Shown: positions 37,552 to 46,837, counted from the first letter of the stretch. The stretch: 64,000 nucleotides of DNA from Thermoplasmatota archaeon (GCA_038046725.1 JBBSVQ010000001.1:187780-251779), one strand, 5' to 3'. Notes: generated by a model from the letters alone, not told the origin. Numbers and translations are program-made.

Positions 37552-38808
37552 CTACGCCGGTTCGCGTTCGACTTCGTCGCGCAGGTCCAAGGCCTGCATA
37601 GCGCTGATCCCAAGGGCCATGGCGACCTCGGCGAGGTGGCGCTCCTCGCGACGCGTGAGTGTCCCATCTCGCATCGCCGCGCGCAAGGCCGCCTTGTAGC
37701 CTGCGACCGCCGAAGTCGATGCTGCGGTGTCCGGTCTCGACCGGTCGGAGGAGCGCTCGATGGCGCGTTGGATTGGGCTCGCTGCGAACACGAAGGTGCC
37801 GGCCAGGATGCCGCCCATGAGCAGGCCGTATTCGGCGCTGAAGAAGTTCTGGGCCACTTGGGCGACGATGAAAAGGACGGCCAAAGCCCCACCTGCAAGG
37901 ACTCCGCTGCGGACCGCGACCCGTGTCCATGGGACCTTGAGGAGGTCGTGCTTCACGATGGCGAAGGCGAGCAGAGTGGCGCTGATGGTACGCAGAATGC
38001 CAAAGGCACCGTAGTCCTCGCTGCCGTCGCCGACGAGGACGACGACGAGCGCCAAGGCGCCGGCGGCCAGCAAGGCGATGAACGCCGACCGGGCCAGACG
38101 GGGCTCGCGGCCCGCTGAAGGGACAACGAACGCGGCGGCACCAATGGCGGCAGACGAGGCGTGCACGAAGAGGCCGGCGTAGGCCAACCACGCCTCCCAA
38201 CGGTCGACCGCGAGCGGCGCCGACGCGTTGAAGACACAAAGGAAAATCGTGAAGAGGCCGAAGGCCAGCGTCAGGCCGACCATCGCCCGACGATCATGGC
38301 TGGCCGTGACTGGCTCCGCGTGGAAGCGGGCGACGCACGCTGCAAGCAGCACGATGAACGCACTGATGTTAGCCGAAAGGACTGACCCCACGACAACGGC
38401 ATCGATTCCAGTCCCGAAGATGGCGATGGCCGCCCGCTCCTCGAAAGCCCCCCAAAAGGCAACCATAACGCCCACCCAGGCAAGTGCCTGCACCACGGCC
38501 ATCGACGCGACGAAACGTCGCCAAGAGGGCGTCACGCCCTTGGTCAGATGGATGGCCAACGCCACGGCCAGCAAGAACACGGGGAGTGTGAGGGCCGCGA
38601 CGATCCAAGGCTCTGGCCCGGCCGTTGCCCTGTCGTAATCGAGAAGGTTCTCGGAGATTAAGGCAAGGCCCCACGACCCTGACAGGCCCCCGATCAGGCG
38701 GCCGCGCTGCGTGCCGCGCCCCCTGACGAGGATCACGGCGCCGAGGGCGAGGAACAGGAACGCGCCGCCTGCGTTGATGAGGGCGGACAGCGAAAGGTCG
38801 TACTGCAC
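37552..38808 (-). CDS. Polytopic membrane protein (about 10 TM) with C-terminal soluble helical domain
   Basis: TM-rich throughout, GTG start. C-terminal ...GTLTRREERHLAEVAMALGISAMQALDLRDEV.... Confidence 0.55.
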   Translation of the reverse strand: MQYDLSLSALINAGGAFLFLALGAVILVRGRGTQRGRLIGGLSGSWGLALISENLLDYDRATAGPEPWIVAALTLPVFLLAVALAIHLTKGVTPSWRRFVASMAVVQALAWVGVMVAFWGAFEERAAIAIFGTGIDAVVVGSVLSANISAFIVLLAACVARFHAEPVTASHDRRAMVGLTLAFGLFTIFLCVFNASAPLAVDRWEAWLAYAGLFVHASSAAIGAAAFVVPSAGREPRLARSAFIALLAAGALALVVVLVGDGSEDYGAFGILRTISATLLAFAIVKHDLLKVPWTRVAVRSGVLAGGALAVLFIVAQVAQNFFSAEYGLLMGGILAGTFVFAASPIQRAIERSSDRSRPDTAASTSAVAGYKAALRAAMRDGTLTRREERHLAEVAMALGISAMQALDLRDEVEREPA

Positions 38809-38946
38809 TCAGTGCACTCTCCGCGTCGTCGCGACGTGACGACCGCGGTTGCGCTCGATGTGGTCCTTGGCCCACGCGCGCGTCTCGGCCCCTTCGTCGC
38901 CGTAGAGGGAATCGCTGACGCGCGACGCTGAGAGCTTGCCCTCCAC
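38809..38946 (-). CDS. Short or remnant paralog of the small K/R-protein family (GTG start, 45 aa)
   Basis: (V)EGKLSASRVSDSLYGDEGAETRAWAKDHIERNRGRHVATTRRVH. Its stop abuts the start of the membrane protein gene. The 35-bp motif is 53 bp upstream. Confidence 0.3.
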   Translation of the reverse strand: MEGKLSASRVSDSLYGDEGAETRAWAKDHIERNRGRHVATTRRVH

Positions 38947-38998
38947 GACGTCATCGAAACCCGAAGGAGGCCATGAGGCTTGCGCGGGTTGGCCAACT

Positions 38999-39033
38999 GT
39001 TGTAGCCGTCCGCCACCAAACCCCGTAGAAGGT
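38999..39033 (-). promoter_or_regulatory. Conserved 35-bp upstream motif, copy 2
   Basis: GTTGTAGCCGTCCGCCACCAAACCCCGTAGAAGGT. Confidence 0.4.
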
Positions 39034-39189
39034 TGCATTCAGGTCTTGCGCCCAATCTCCTTGAGCTTCGTCTCGAACCCGGCGTAGAACCGCCGCGCCG
39101 GGTGGTCGGGATTCCGCAAGGCGGCCACCGTTGATAGCGAGCGTAACCCATTGGGTTAAGCATATAACGTGTAACGTGCATAGTTACGC

Positions 39190-39516
39190 GTGGATGTGGA
39201 GCGCTTCCTGGTCCCAGTCGGCCAGGACCTCGTCATCCGCGTCGAGTTGCGCAAGAAGGCAGGCCGATTGGCAGGCTTCGTCTGTCAACTTGAGGCAGAC
39301 GATGGCGAGGACGTCGTTCCGGTCGTCCGGTACGACACCAGCCACGGCTACCTGCATGTGCACAAGTATTGGCTCTCCGAGGAACGGGAAGTGAAGGACA
39401 TGGAAGACCGCAACCATCCAGCCACCGACTACACGACCCAATTGGACGAAGCCCTCGACAATCTCGTCGAACACCACGTGGACTACGTCGCGCGCATGAA
39501 GCGCGCAGGAAAGTGA
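39190..39516 (+). CDS. Hypothetical protein (GTG start), tightly coupled to the downstream wHTH gene
   Basis: VDVERFLVPVGQDLVIRVELRKKAGRLAGFVCQLEADDGEDVVPVVRYDTSHGYLHVHKYWLSEEREVKDM.... There is a 5-nt gap to the next gene. Confidence 0.4.
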   Translation: MDVERFLVPVGQDLVIRVELRKKAGRLAGFVCQLEADDGEDVVPVVRYDTSHGYLHVHKYWLSEEREVKDMEDRNHPATDYTTQLDEALDNLVEHHVDYVARMKRAGK

Positions 39517-39521
39517 ACCCG

Positions 39522-39854
39522 ATGACCAAGACCGACATGCGCCGCGCCGCCGACTTCATCCGCAAGGTCGCCAAGGCCCCCGCGGGAGCCTACCCGGATT
39601 CCTTCATCGCTTTCGAGTGGGGGAGCCCGCTCCTCTTGCAGATCATGAGCGGCGAGAAGAGCCGCCTCATCGAGTACCTCAAGGAACACGGCCCCGTCGA
39701 AAGCGTCACGACGCTAAGCCAGGCCTTAGGCAGGTCCCGGGAAGCCGTGAGCCGCGACCTGCACGTCCTCGTCAAGACCGGAGTCATCCTTGCCGAGCAG
39801 CATGGAAAGACGAAGACGCTCTCGGCTAGCGAACGACCAATCCTAATTCGCTAG
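39522..39854 (+). CDS. wHTH transcriptional regulator
   Basis: ...IEYLKEHGPVESVTTLSQALGRSREAVSRDLHVLVKTGVILAEQHG.... Confidence 0.5.
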   Translation: MTKTDMRRAADFIRKVAKAPAGAYPDSFIAFEWGSPLLLQIMSGEKSRLIEYLKEHGPVESVTTLSQALGRSREAVSRDLHVLVKTGVILAEQHGKTKTLSASERPILIR

Positions 39855-39858
39855 TCAT

Positions 39859-40011
39859 TCACAGGCGCGCCATCAAGTCGAGCATGGCCTTGTTGCGCGC
39901 AATGTAGTCCTTCGCCCAGGCACGGATTTCGGCCGTCGCTTCCCCATACAGGGACTCGTCGCGCGGCTTGCGAGTCTTGCGCGGCTTGCGAGTCTTGCGC
40001 GGCTTGGGCAT
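39859..40011 (-). CDS. Small K/R-rich protein with tandem PRKTRK repeats (50 aa), family member 3
   Basis: MPKPRKTRKPRKTRKPRDESLYGEATAEIRAWAKDYIARNKAMLDLMARL. Not in the ORF track (under 60 aa). The 35-bp motif is 50 bp upstream. Coordinates may be off by 1 nt. Confidence 0.4.
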   Translation of the reverse strand: MPKPRKTRKPRKTRKPRDESLYGEATAEIRAWAKDYIARNKAMLDLMARL

Positions 40012-40060
40012 GCGTCTACGAGGCCGCCCATTCGCATGAGACTTGCGCGGCTACGAGCGT

Positions 40061-40095
40061 ATTGTAGGAATCCGCTATCGGACCTCGCAGAAGGT
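40061..40095 (-). promoter_or_regulatory. Conserved 35-bp upstream motif, copy 3
   Basis: ATTGTAGGAATCCGCTATCGGACCTCGCAGAAGGT. Confidence 0.4.
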
Positions 40096-40188
40096 CGCGT
40101 TAAAGCCTCCAACAGGAGAGAATTCGAGCCCGACTTATCGCGACTAACGCACCTTGTAGTAGGTCCAGGCGCGGATGCTGGCAATTCG

Positions 40189-40306
40189 CCTACAAATCTC
40201 CCCCAATCCTCTCACAGTTGGGGTAGAATTGTGGGCGAACGGTGGGCCATTTTGGGGGCAATCGCTACCGAACATCTTGCCACCTATAGGCCTCATGCCG
40301 TACCAG
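40189..40306. repeat. Divergent copy C of the ~106-bp repeat family
   Basis: CCTACAAATCTCCCCC...TTGGGGGCAATCG...GGCCTCATGCCGTACCAG shares the CTACAA start, the TTGGGGGCAA block and the ATGCCGTAC(C)AG 3' block with copies A and B. Confidence 0.4.
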
Positions 40307-40356
40307 TTCTTGCGGCATTCCAGATTCCAAGAAGGTCTTGTCCAGGCGAGCCGCCG

Positions 40357-42759
40357 TCACGGCGCCGCGGTTGGCGGAGGCGCCCCGGTGGGGGCGTCCA
40401 CCGTGGCCTTGGTCCACGTCACTGAGAAGGTCGTCCCTTTTCCGGGGCCTGGGCTGGTGGCGGACATCTGCCCGCCGTGCTGTTCCACGATGCCTTTGCT
40501 GATGTACATGCCCAAACCAGTGCCTTTGGCGACATTGGGGATGGCCTCATGCAATCGGACGAAGGGCTCAAACAGGTGTGCGAGTTGTTCGGCGGTCATC
40601 CCGAGCCCGGGGTCCTTGAAGGAAAGGATGACGCCGGATTCCAGGTTCTTGGCCGTCACCTCGATCACGCCTCCGTTCGGGGAATACTTGACTGCGTTGC
40701 TGGCCAGGTTCATGACGACCTGCATGACTTTGGCGGGGTCGCCGTCGATGGTGATGTCGGCATGGATGTCAAGCTGGAACGTGAGGCCGTTCTTCTCGGC
40801 GGCCTCACGGAACGAGTCCGCCGCTTCCTGGATCAAGGGGGCCAGCACGACGGCCTGCCGACGGAGTTTGAGGCGCCCGGCCTGCAAGCGGGCCGCGTCA
40901 AGCATGTCATCGATGAGGAGTTGGAACCGGCCGATGTTGCGTTCCATGAGTCCAATGCTGTCCAGTTGCTTGGGGGTCAGGTCCTTGCCAAGCTTGAGTG
41001 TGCCCAACTGGAGCTTGAGCGGCGTGAGCGGGGTCTTGAGGTCGTGGGCGGCGGTGTTGAGGAACTCGGCGCGGAGCTTGCTCAGTGCAGCCAACTGCTG
41101 GACTTGCGCTTCCTGTTCATGCAACGCGGCCTCAGCCAATTGTGCCTTGTGCGCGGCCGTGACGTCGACTACGATGCCATGCACGCGCACAACCCGGCCA
41201 TCCTTGGCTTCGGGTTTGCCGATGACTCGCTCCCGCAGTGCGTTGCCCGCATCGGACCTTGCATCCACCTCGAAATCATACTCCAAGCCGCGTTGGACAG
41301 CCTGCTCCACGGCGCTTGCGATGCGCTGCCGGTCAGGCACCGAGTAAAACCGCAGGGCCCCGTCCAGTCCCTGGGGTTCGAAGCCCCGCGGAACGCCGTG
41401 AAGATCACAGAGGGAATCGCTCCAACGAATCTTCCCCGTCTCCAAATCGAAGTCCCAGGACCCCATGCCGGCCACGATCTCCGCCTCGGCCAGCATGCGT
41501 TCGCTCTTGCGCAGTCCAGAAACCAGGCGCTCTTCTCGCTCCTCGGCCACCCTGTTCCTCACAACGCCAAACAAGTGGAAGCCGTCCGCGGACTCCGTCA
41601 ATTGGGCACGTAGACCAACGGGGATTTTGCTGCCGTCACGACGGAGCCATTCTGTCCGGAACTCGCTGAAATCGCCGCCCTTGACTTGCGCGATGAATCG
41701 ATTTCGCTCCTCCGGCGCCGCGTAGAAGGCGGAGGCCATGGGGCGCTCCATCTTCAGTTGCTCAAGTGAGTCATAACCAAGCATGGCGACGCCCGCCGGG
41801 TTCAGGTAGATCACGTCACCGCCAATCCTCGCGTCCAGAACCCCATCTGGTACACGCTCCACGATTCCCTTGAAGTCTCTCGCTGACTGATGCTCATGGG
41901 ACTGAGCTTCGGCGGTCCGCTTGTCCGCGGCCTCCAGGCGGTGCAAGCCGAACACAAGGACCCCGAGCAGCGTCAGATTGCCAACCGAGATCGCCAGCGG
42001 TGCAGCCGACAAGCCAAGGTCATAGTTGGCAAGGCCGCCGGCCAGGCGAGAAACCAGCGACAGCAGGAACGGCAAGGCCAGGGCCGCGGCCACGACGAAG
42101 AACGCCGGGCGACCTCGCTGATGGGCCTGCACGAAGAGCCGCGCCAAACCGCGGCCATCCATGGTCAAGATAGCCCCGGCCAGGAAGAGCAAACCCAACG
42201 CGGCTGGCGCAGCCATCGAGGACAGGTCCTCCAAGCCGTAGATTTCCGGGCCGAACGCGTAGCCGACCGCGGCGACATAGCTCACCACGCCAGCAGCCAC
42301 CGCCAACCCGTCCCTGATTCGCACAACCCCCCGGGAGCCAGCCCAAATGGCCGTGCCAACGAAGGTGAACGACAGCGCGGCCAACAGCGCCATGCGCCCA
42401 GGAAACGACGTCAAGGTCCCCGTATCATCACGTGCCAGCGCCTGATCGATGCCCAAATCGGTGCCGGTGAGGTACTCGCCCAAAGTCACCAAGCCGATCA
42501 GCAAGACCAGGGGGGCCAGCAGTCGGCCCAGGGCTTGGATGCCTCGCGACGACGAAGAAACCCCAAGAACGGCAACACCAGCCAACCCCAAGGCCAGCGC
42601 AGCGTTCGCCTTCATCGGAACGAAGTCCGTGAACAGCCCCATCAGAGGACGGAGGCCGAGAAGCCATCCCCCAAGGCAGGCAAAGCCAATCGCGGATGCA
42701 GTGAACGCCAGGACCCTACTGGCGTGGAGCATCCCTCGCGACGAGCCCGGGTCCGACAC
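40357..42759 (-). CDS. Multi-TM sensor histidine kinase with PAS domains
   Basis: About 10 N-terminal TM helices, PAS segments, HisKA (...AAHDLKTPLTPLKLQL...), and HATPase_c N/G1/G2 boxes (...NLASNAVKYSPNGG..., ...DPGLGM..., ...GTGLGMYISKGIV...). Confidence 0.85.
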   Translation of the reverse strand: MSDPGSSRGMLHASRVLAFTASAIGFACLGGWLLGLRPLMGLFTDFVPMKANAALALGLAGVAVLGVSSSSRGIQALGRLLAPLVLLIGLVTLGEYLTGTDLGIDQALARDDTGTLTSFPGRMALLAALSFTFVGTAIWAGSRGVVRIRDGLAVAAGVVSYVAAVGYAFGPEIYGLEDLSSMAAPAALGLLFLAGAILTMDGRGLARLFVQAHQRGRPAFFVVAAALALPFLLSLVSRLAGGLANYDLGLSAAPLAISVGNLTLLGVLVFGLHRLEAADKRTAEAQSHEHQSARDFKGIVERVPDGVLDARIGGDVIYLNPAGVAMLGYDSLEQLKMERPMASAFYAAPEERNRFIAQVKGGDFSEFRTEWLRRDGSKIPVGLRAQLTESADGFHLFGVVRNRVAEEREERLVSGLRKSERMLAEAEIVAGMGSWDFDLETGKIRWSDSLCDLHGVPRGFEPQGLDGALRFYSVPDRQRIASAVEQAVQRGLEYDFEVDARSDAGNALRERVIGKPEAKDGRVVRVHGIVVDVTAAHKAQLAEAALHEQEAQVQQLAALSKLRAEFLNTAAHDLKTPLTPLKLQLGTLKLGKDLTPKQLDSIGLMERNIGRFQLLIDDMLDAARLQAGRLKLRRQAVVLAPLIQEAADSFREAAEKNGLTFQLDIHADITIDGDPAKVMQVVMNLASNAVKYSPNGGVIEVTAKNLESGVILSFKDPGLGMTAEQLAHLFEPFVRLHEAIPNVAKGTGLGMYISKGIVEQHGGQMSATSPGPGKGTTFSVTWTKATVDAPTGAPPPTAAP

Positions 42760-43213
42760 ATCATCCGATGACCCTCGTGCCTATTAGGCCCTCACGAACA
42801 CCACGAAACAGGACGGTGACAGCCTAATGCGAAGGCGCAGAGCAGAAGGGCGTGGACCTTGCTGCTTTTGCCGGGGGCTCACGCGCGACCCGCAGGGCCG
42901 TGCATTTCTGAATGGGACCTCTAGGAAGGTGTGATTTGTCATTGCGGGAATCGAGCTTGCGGGAATAGGTAGGGAGGTGGACTCCGAAATTGGGCCCGGG
43001 GCGCTCCTAGGCGGCTGCCTCAACGGTTTTCGGGCCCTTGGACGGCTGTGGCTGCGAATGCGTAGAGCTGGGCAGCGTTGTGCACCTTGCCGTGCCCACT
43101 GGCGCTGTGGGTCCAGGCCTCGGCGATGATCCATCGTTGGCACAGGTCCATGCTGTCGGAATCCAAACGGTAACCAAATGAGAATCACCCCGAGCGGGGT
43201 GAAACCAGACCGA

Positions 43214-44232
43214 GGGATTGCACTGAAAATCGGAAGCCATATGTGTTTGAGCGGATTGGCGAATTCGGGGCTGCACGTTGGGCATCAATTGGCACGATTA
43301 CCACAAAAAACGGAAGCAGGAATTCCAGGTCCTTCTTGACGCGATGGACAAGGTCGCCAACTCTGTTGGGCCGCCGAAAGCAGAGCCGAAACCGGCGGGT
43401 TCTCGGGGGAAGGGGCGTCCGCCGTACAGTCCAACTTCAATGTTGAAGGTCAATTTGCTGCGGATCTATCTGAAGTTGAGCTACCGAGACATGGAAGCAC
43501 TCTTGGCCGCCGATGCCGGAATGCGCGACCGCCTCGGACTTGCCAAAACGCCGGGCCAGGACACGATTCACCGCCACGCCGAAACCCTGACGGAAGCCTA
43601 CCTCGTCAAAATCAATCGTGCTCTGTCGGAGCGCCTAAAAAAAACGAGTTTGACGTCTGCGTCGACGCCACCGGTCTTACGATCAACTGGCACGAGGCAC
43701 GTTGGAGCCTTACCCAACCCCAACAGCGGCAAGGCCGCAACTGGCTCAAACTCAACGCGTTAATCGAGGCTGAATCCAAGACGGTTCTCTCCTGGAAATT
43801 CTCCGGGCCGCACGAGCACGACACGAAATTCCTGCCCGGACTCGTTGCGGCCGTCGGTGCACCGATTCGCGAACTCTACGCCGACGCGGGCTATCTCAGC
43901 CAACGCAACTGCATTGCTGCCAGACAAGCCGGTGCCACACCCTTCATTCGGCCCAAGAAAAACACGCGGCAAGCGCCCCCAAAACCCACTGGCCATGACG
44001 TTCGTACCGCATTCCACCAAATGGTCGGCTCCGAGCAAACGGACCGCACCGCCTGGTACACTCGTTACGGCCGTCGCAATAGGATTGAGTCAACGTTTGG
44101 CGCCATCAAACGCCGCTTCGGCGGACGACTCCGCGCCGTCAACCAGGCTATGCGAATCGTCGAAGCCACCCTGAAAATCCTGGTATGGAACCTAACCAGG
44201 ATCAGGTATGGTGAATTTTAGTGCAATCACCC
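43214..44232 (+). mobile_element. IS5-family insertion sequence (about 1.02 kb) with imperfect 17-bp terminal IRs and 8-bp target-site duplication
   Basis: IRL GGGATTGCACTGAAAAT (43214..) versus the reverse complement of IRR, GGTGATTGCACTAAAAT (..44232). Direct repeat CAGACCGA at 43206..43213 and 44233..44240. Confidence 0.75.
43278..44221 (+). CDS. IS5-family DDE transposase, two frames joined by a -1 frameshift at an A8C run
   Basis: Frame A is MGINWHDYHKK...LKVNLLRIYLKLSYRDMEALLAADAGMRDRLGL...ERLKK. Frame B (-1) continues NEFDVCVDATGLTINWHE...YADAGYLSQ...RNRIESTFGAIKRRFG...ILVWNLTRI to 44221. The slippery heptamer A_AAA_AAC lies at about 43637..43645. Confidence 0.75.
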
Positions 44233-44460
44233 AGACCGACCGGGAGCATTTCACTGGGGCATTTGGACTTTATAAGGTGGTTTCGGAATGGAGTCGGACC
44301 TGATAAGAAGGGGATTCTCGTAGTGTGAACTACATGCAAACGACCGTCAAGGTTCAGCGCCGCGATCCCGCGGTGTCCGTGTACCGGGCCAAATTCCGAG
44401 AGGACGTACGCAACCTGCAACGCGTCCGCGAGTGGCTCCTTCGACGAAAGAGTAAGGCCG

Positions 44461-46248
44461 CTAAGAAGGACTAGGTTCCCCGGCTAGCAGCATGAAGTAA
44501 AGCATTGCCAGCGCCGCTACGGGCCAGGCGAATCTGAATGCCGTGATGGCCTTGGCGGCGCCTTGCAGCGATGAAAGGGATTGCGTCAACAATACGCCAG
44601 CGAAGGCTAGGAATCCAGCAATCAGAACTTGGTTGGAGTGTAACCGATCGACCGCACCTTGCCAGTCCGCGACGCTTAGCGTCCAGGCGGTGGCGGCTCC
44701 GATATAGAGTAGCCATGTCGGGTAAACTGAGGACGATATCGGAAGTCTAGTCCGAATGCGGATCCAAAATTTGCTGGTCATCGCGAGCGCTCTTTGCAGC
44801 GGGAACAAGTGCCACTTAGATCCAGCAACAAAGCCAAACATCCCACCTGCTGCGCGATTCCATCGTTCTCCAAAACCGCCGAGTTCCTTGAAGGAGAGTT
44901 TCATCCAGTCTTCGATTACGCGCTCCGGAAAAACGACCTCGAGGTGTTCGGCGTCGCGACGAATCAAGCTCTGGCCATCTGGCTTTTCCAGAATGACCGG
45001 GTCGAAACTTGGCATGCGAAGCTTAGGCCAGGCGCCAACTAGGTTGGGAAGCAGGGCGCGATCAAACCGCCAACCTTCATCGTGTGGTGTTCGTTTTGAA
45101 ATCGGTCGGGCAACACGATAGAGTCGAGGCCATCGTGGTTCTTCCATAATGAATCCGTGTGGCGCAGTGAAGCGGGCGTGATAGGTGCGCGCAGCAGCTG
45201 GTCGGTCCACCACGATGGTCTTTGGAAAAGTCATCGCTAGGAAGGCCCACCAAAATAGCGATATCAACAACCATACCGCCAACGCGAGCAGGTACGTCGT
45301 CCGATACACGAACCATCCTGCCCAGAATAGGAAGTTCAGAAGAGTGTTCAGCACGACTTGCGCTGCGGTTTTCATCCGCCCATTTGCGGCTGCAGCCTGG
45401 CGATTCTGGCCTGCCTCGGCGTTAGGAGTCCAACCGTCAAACCACGGCCTTGGGGTGGGGGTGGGAATATCCTCGGGCCATCGTGTGGTTTGCACATCGC
45501 TCGAGAAATGGTCTACGATGAAACGCGGATGTCTTACCTCCGCCCTGTCGCCCGTTCGGTATGGGCCGGCACTTACGGATGGACTAAATGAGGGTGTTAT
45601 CGCTTGCTGCGGCGGGAGGACTACGAGCAAAGGAGGTAGTCCCAAGCAGGCGTCTGTGATGAGCTGTTGAATGTTGTCCAAGTCATCGGCGAGCATCCCG
45701 GCGGTGTCATTTTCCTCTTCGACATTGTTCACCAGCAAGGTGGCCTGAAGGTCTTCCACGCCGGCCAGGCAGGTTAGTTGCAAATCTGGATGCGCCGAGC
45801 ATCCGTTCGTGTCGATTTCGTCGAAGACCTGGCGCACCAGGCTGGTCACATGGCGAATGTCATCCCCCAAATCAGGAAGAATTTGCTCGATTTGTTGCGC
45901 GACCAACCCGAATGCACGCGGAATTGCATCGAAAGCAAGCTCGGAAGTGAGCACGACCAGGGAGTCGCCGTTGGCGGCGATTACGCGCTTGCGGAACCGG
46001 AAAACTTCGAGACTTGGAGAATGAAGACGAACGACAAAAAGGAGCCTTGGCCCTTCATTGCGAATCAGGTACCTTGTCTTGATGTCCTTGGAACCGCGCC
46101 GGGCTAATCTTTGGGTCAAGAACGGTCGTTCCACTTCGATTTCTGCCACCACGCGGTCATATGCAGAGTATAGCAGGGCGTCTGCCGCCCAATCCACAAG
46201 ATCCTCGTCGGATGGCATCGAAGTCAAACCGGGCGTATTGTACGCCAA
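44461..46248 (-). CDS. Large hypothetical protein (595 aa) with central TM helices, in a lower-GC segment
   Basis: Intact ORF with normal amino-acid composition, GC about 50-55% against about 67% for the flanks, and two or three central TM segments. No domain recognised. Confidence 0.5.
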   Translation of the reverse strand: MAYNTPGLTSMPSDEDLVDWAADALLYSAYDRVVAEIEVERPFLTQRLARRGSKDIKTRYLIRNEGPRLLFVVRLHSPSLEVFRFRKRVIAANGDSLVVLTSELAFDAIPRAFGLVAQQIEQILPDLGDDIRHVTSLVRQVFDEIDTNGCSAHPDLQLTCLAGVEDLQATLLVNNVEEENDTAGMLADDLDNIQQLITDACLGLPPLLVVLPPQQAITPSFSPSVSAGPYRTGDRAEVRHPRFIVDHFSSDVQTTRWPEDIPTPTPRPWFDGWTPNAEAGQNRQAAAANGRMKTAAQVVLNTLLNFLFWAGWFVYRTTYLLALAVWLLISLFWWAFLAMTFPKTIVVDRPAAARTYHARFTAPHGFIMEEPRWPRLYRVARPISKRTPHDEGWRFDRALLPNLVGAWPKLRMPSFDPVILEKPDGQSLIRRDAEHLEVVFPERVIEDWMKLSFKELGGFGERWNRAAGGMFGFVAGSKWHLFPLQRALAMTSKFWIRIRTRLPISSSVYPTWLLYIGAATAWTLSVADWQGAVDRLHSNQVLIAGFLAFAGVLLTQSLSSLQGAAKAITAFRFAWPVAALAMLYFMLLAGEPSPS

Positions 46249-46730
46249 CCTGATCCATCAGGTACTACCAATTGGACGCGGCACAGGTATGCCCAGGCCT
46301 TGTCGATTTCTCCCCGAACATGCGGCTTGATCATTGCAATGTGGTCGAGCAATGCATTGCTGGGCATTCCAGGATTTTTCGACAGAACTTGCAGCATGCT
46401 AGTTGCGGCCTCCAATCCAAATGAGCCGAGCTCAATGCCCTGAACTGCGAGAGTAATGCGTGCATCGTTCGCTAATTCTGGTTGGAGTTCCGGTTCTAAT
46501 TCGGGCCAGGCGTAGTACTCGCGCGCAAGGGCAGGACTGTACACGCCGCGAAGATGAGACCCGTAGGAGAAATTGGCTTCCGGATAACCCAGCGCTTTCA
46601 GCAAGAAGGTGGCCTTTTGTGTTAGGAGACGGGATTCAAACGTCTGCTTCCCAAAGACCGCCTTGCTGGCGGCGGCAAGGTGACCCAATATCCCGTCAAG
46701 ATGCAGCGCCACGAGCGAAGGACCTGCCAA
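46224..46730 (-). CDS. Hypothetical protein (168 aa), overlaps the start of the downstream gene by 25 nt
   Basis: MAGPSLVALHLDGILGHLAAASKAVFGKQTFESRLLTQKATFLLKALGYPEANFSYGSHLRGVYSPALAREYYAWPELEPEL.... No domain recognised. Confidence 0.45.
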   Translation of the reverse strand: MAGPSLVALHLDGILGHLAAASKAVFGKQTFESRLLTQKATFLLKALGYPEANFSYGSHLRGVYSPALAREYYAWPELEPELQPELANDARITLAVQGIELGSFGLEAATSMLQVLSKNPGMPSNALLDHIAMIKPHVRGEIDKAWAYLCRVQLVVPDGSGWRTIRPV

Positions 46731-46837
46731 GGGGTTAGTAGAGTTGACGAAGGGATTGTAGCAAAGCCGGAGGCGAGCCGTTCAGACCCATTATCTCTGG
46801 ATGTCGCCGAGCCTACCACTAGATGGCTTGAGAACGT

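Noticed and set aside
44334-44474. 46-codon basic ORF (MQTTVKVQRRDPAVSVYRAKFREDVRNLQRVREWLLRRKSKAAKKD) just right of the IS
   Set aside because: The ORF is plausible, but it is a short isolated frame in lower-GC DNA with no homologue in the window and no upstream motif. Evidence is insufficient to call a gene.
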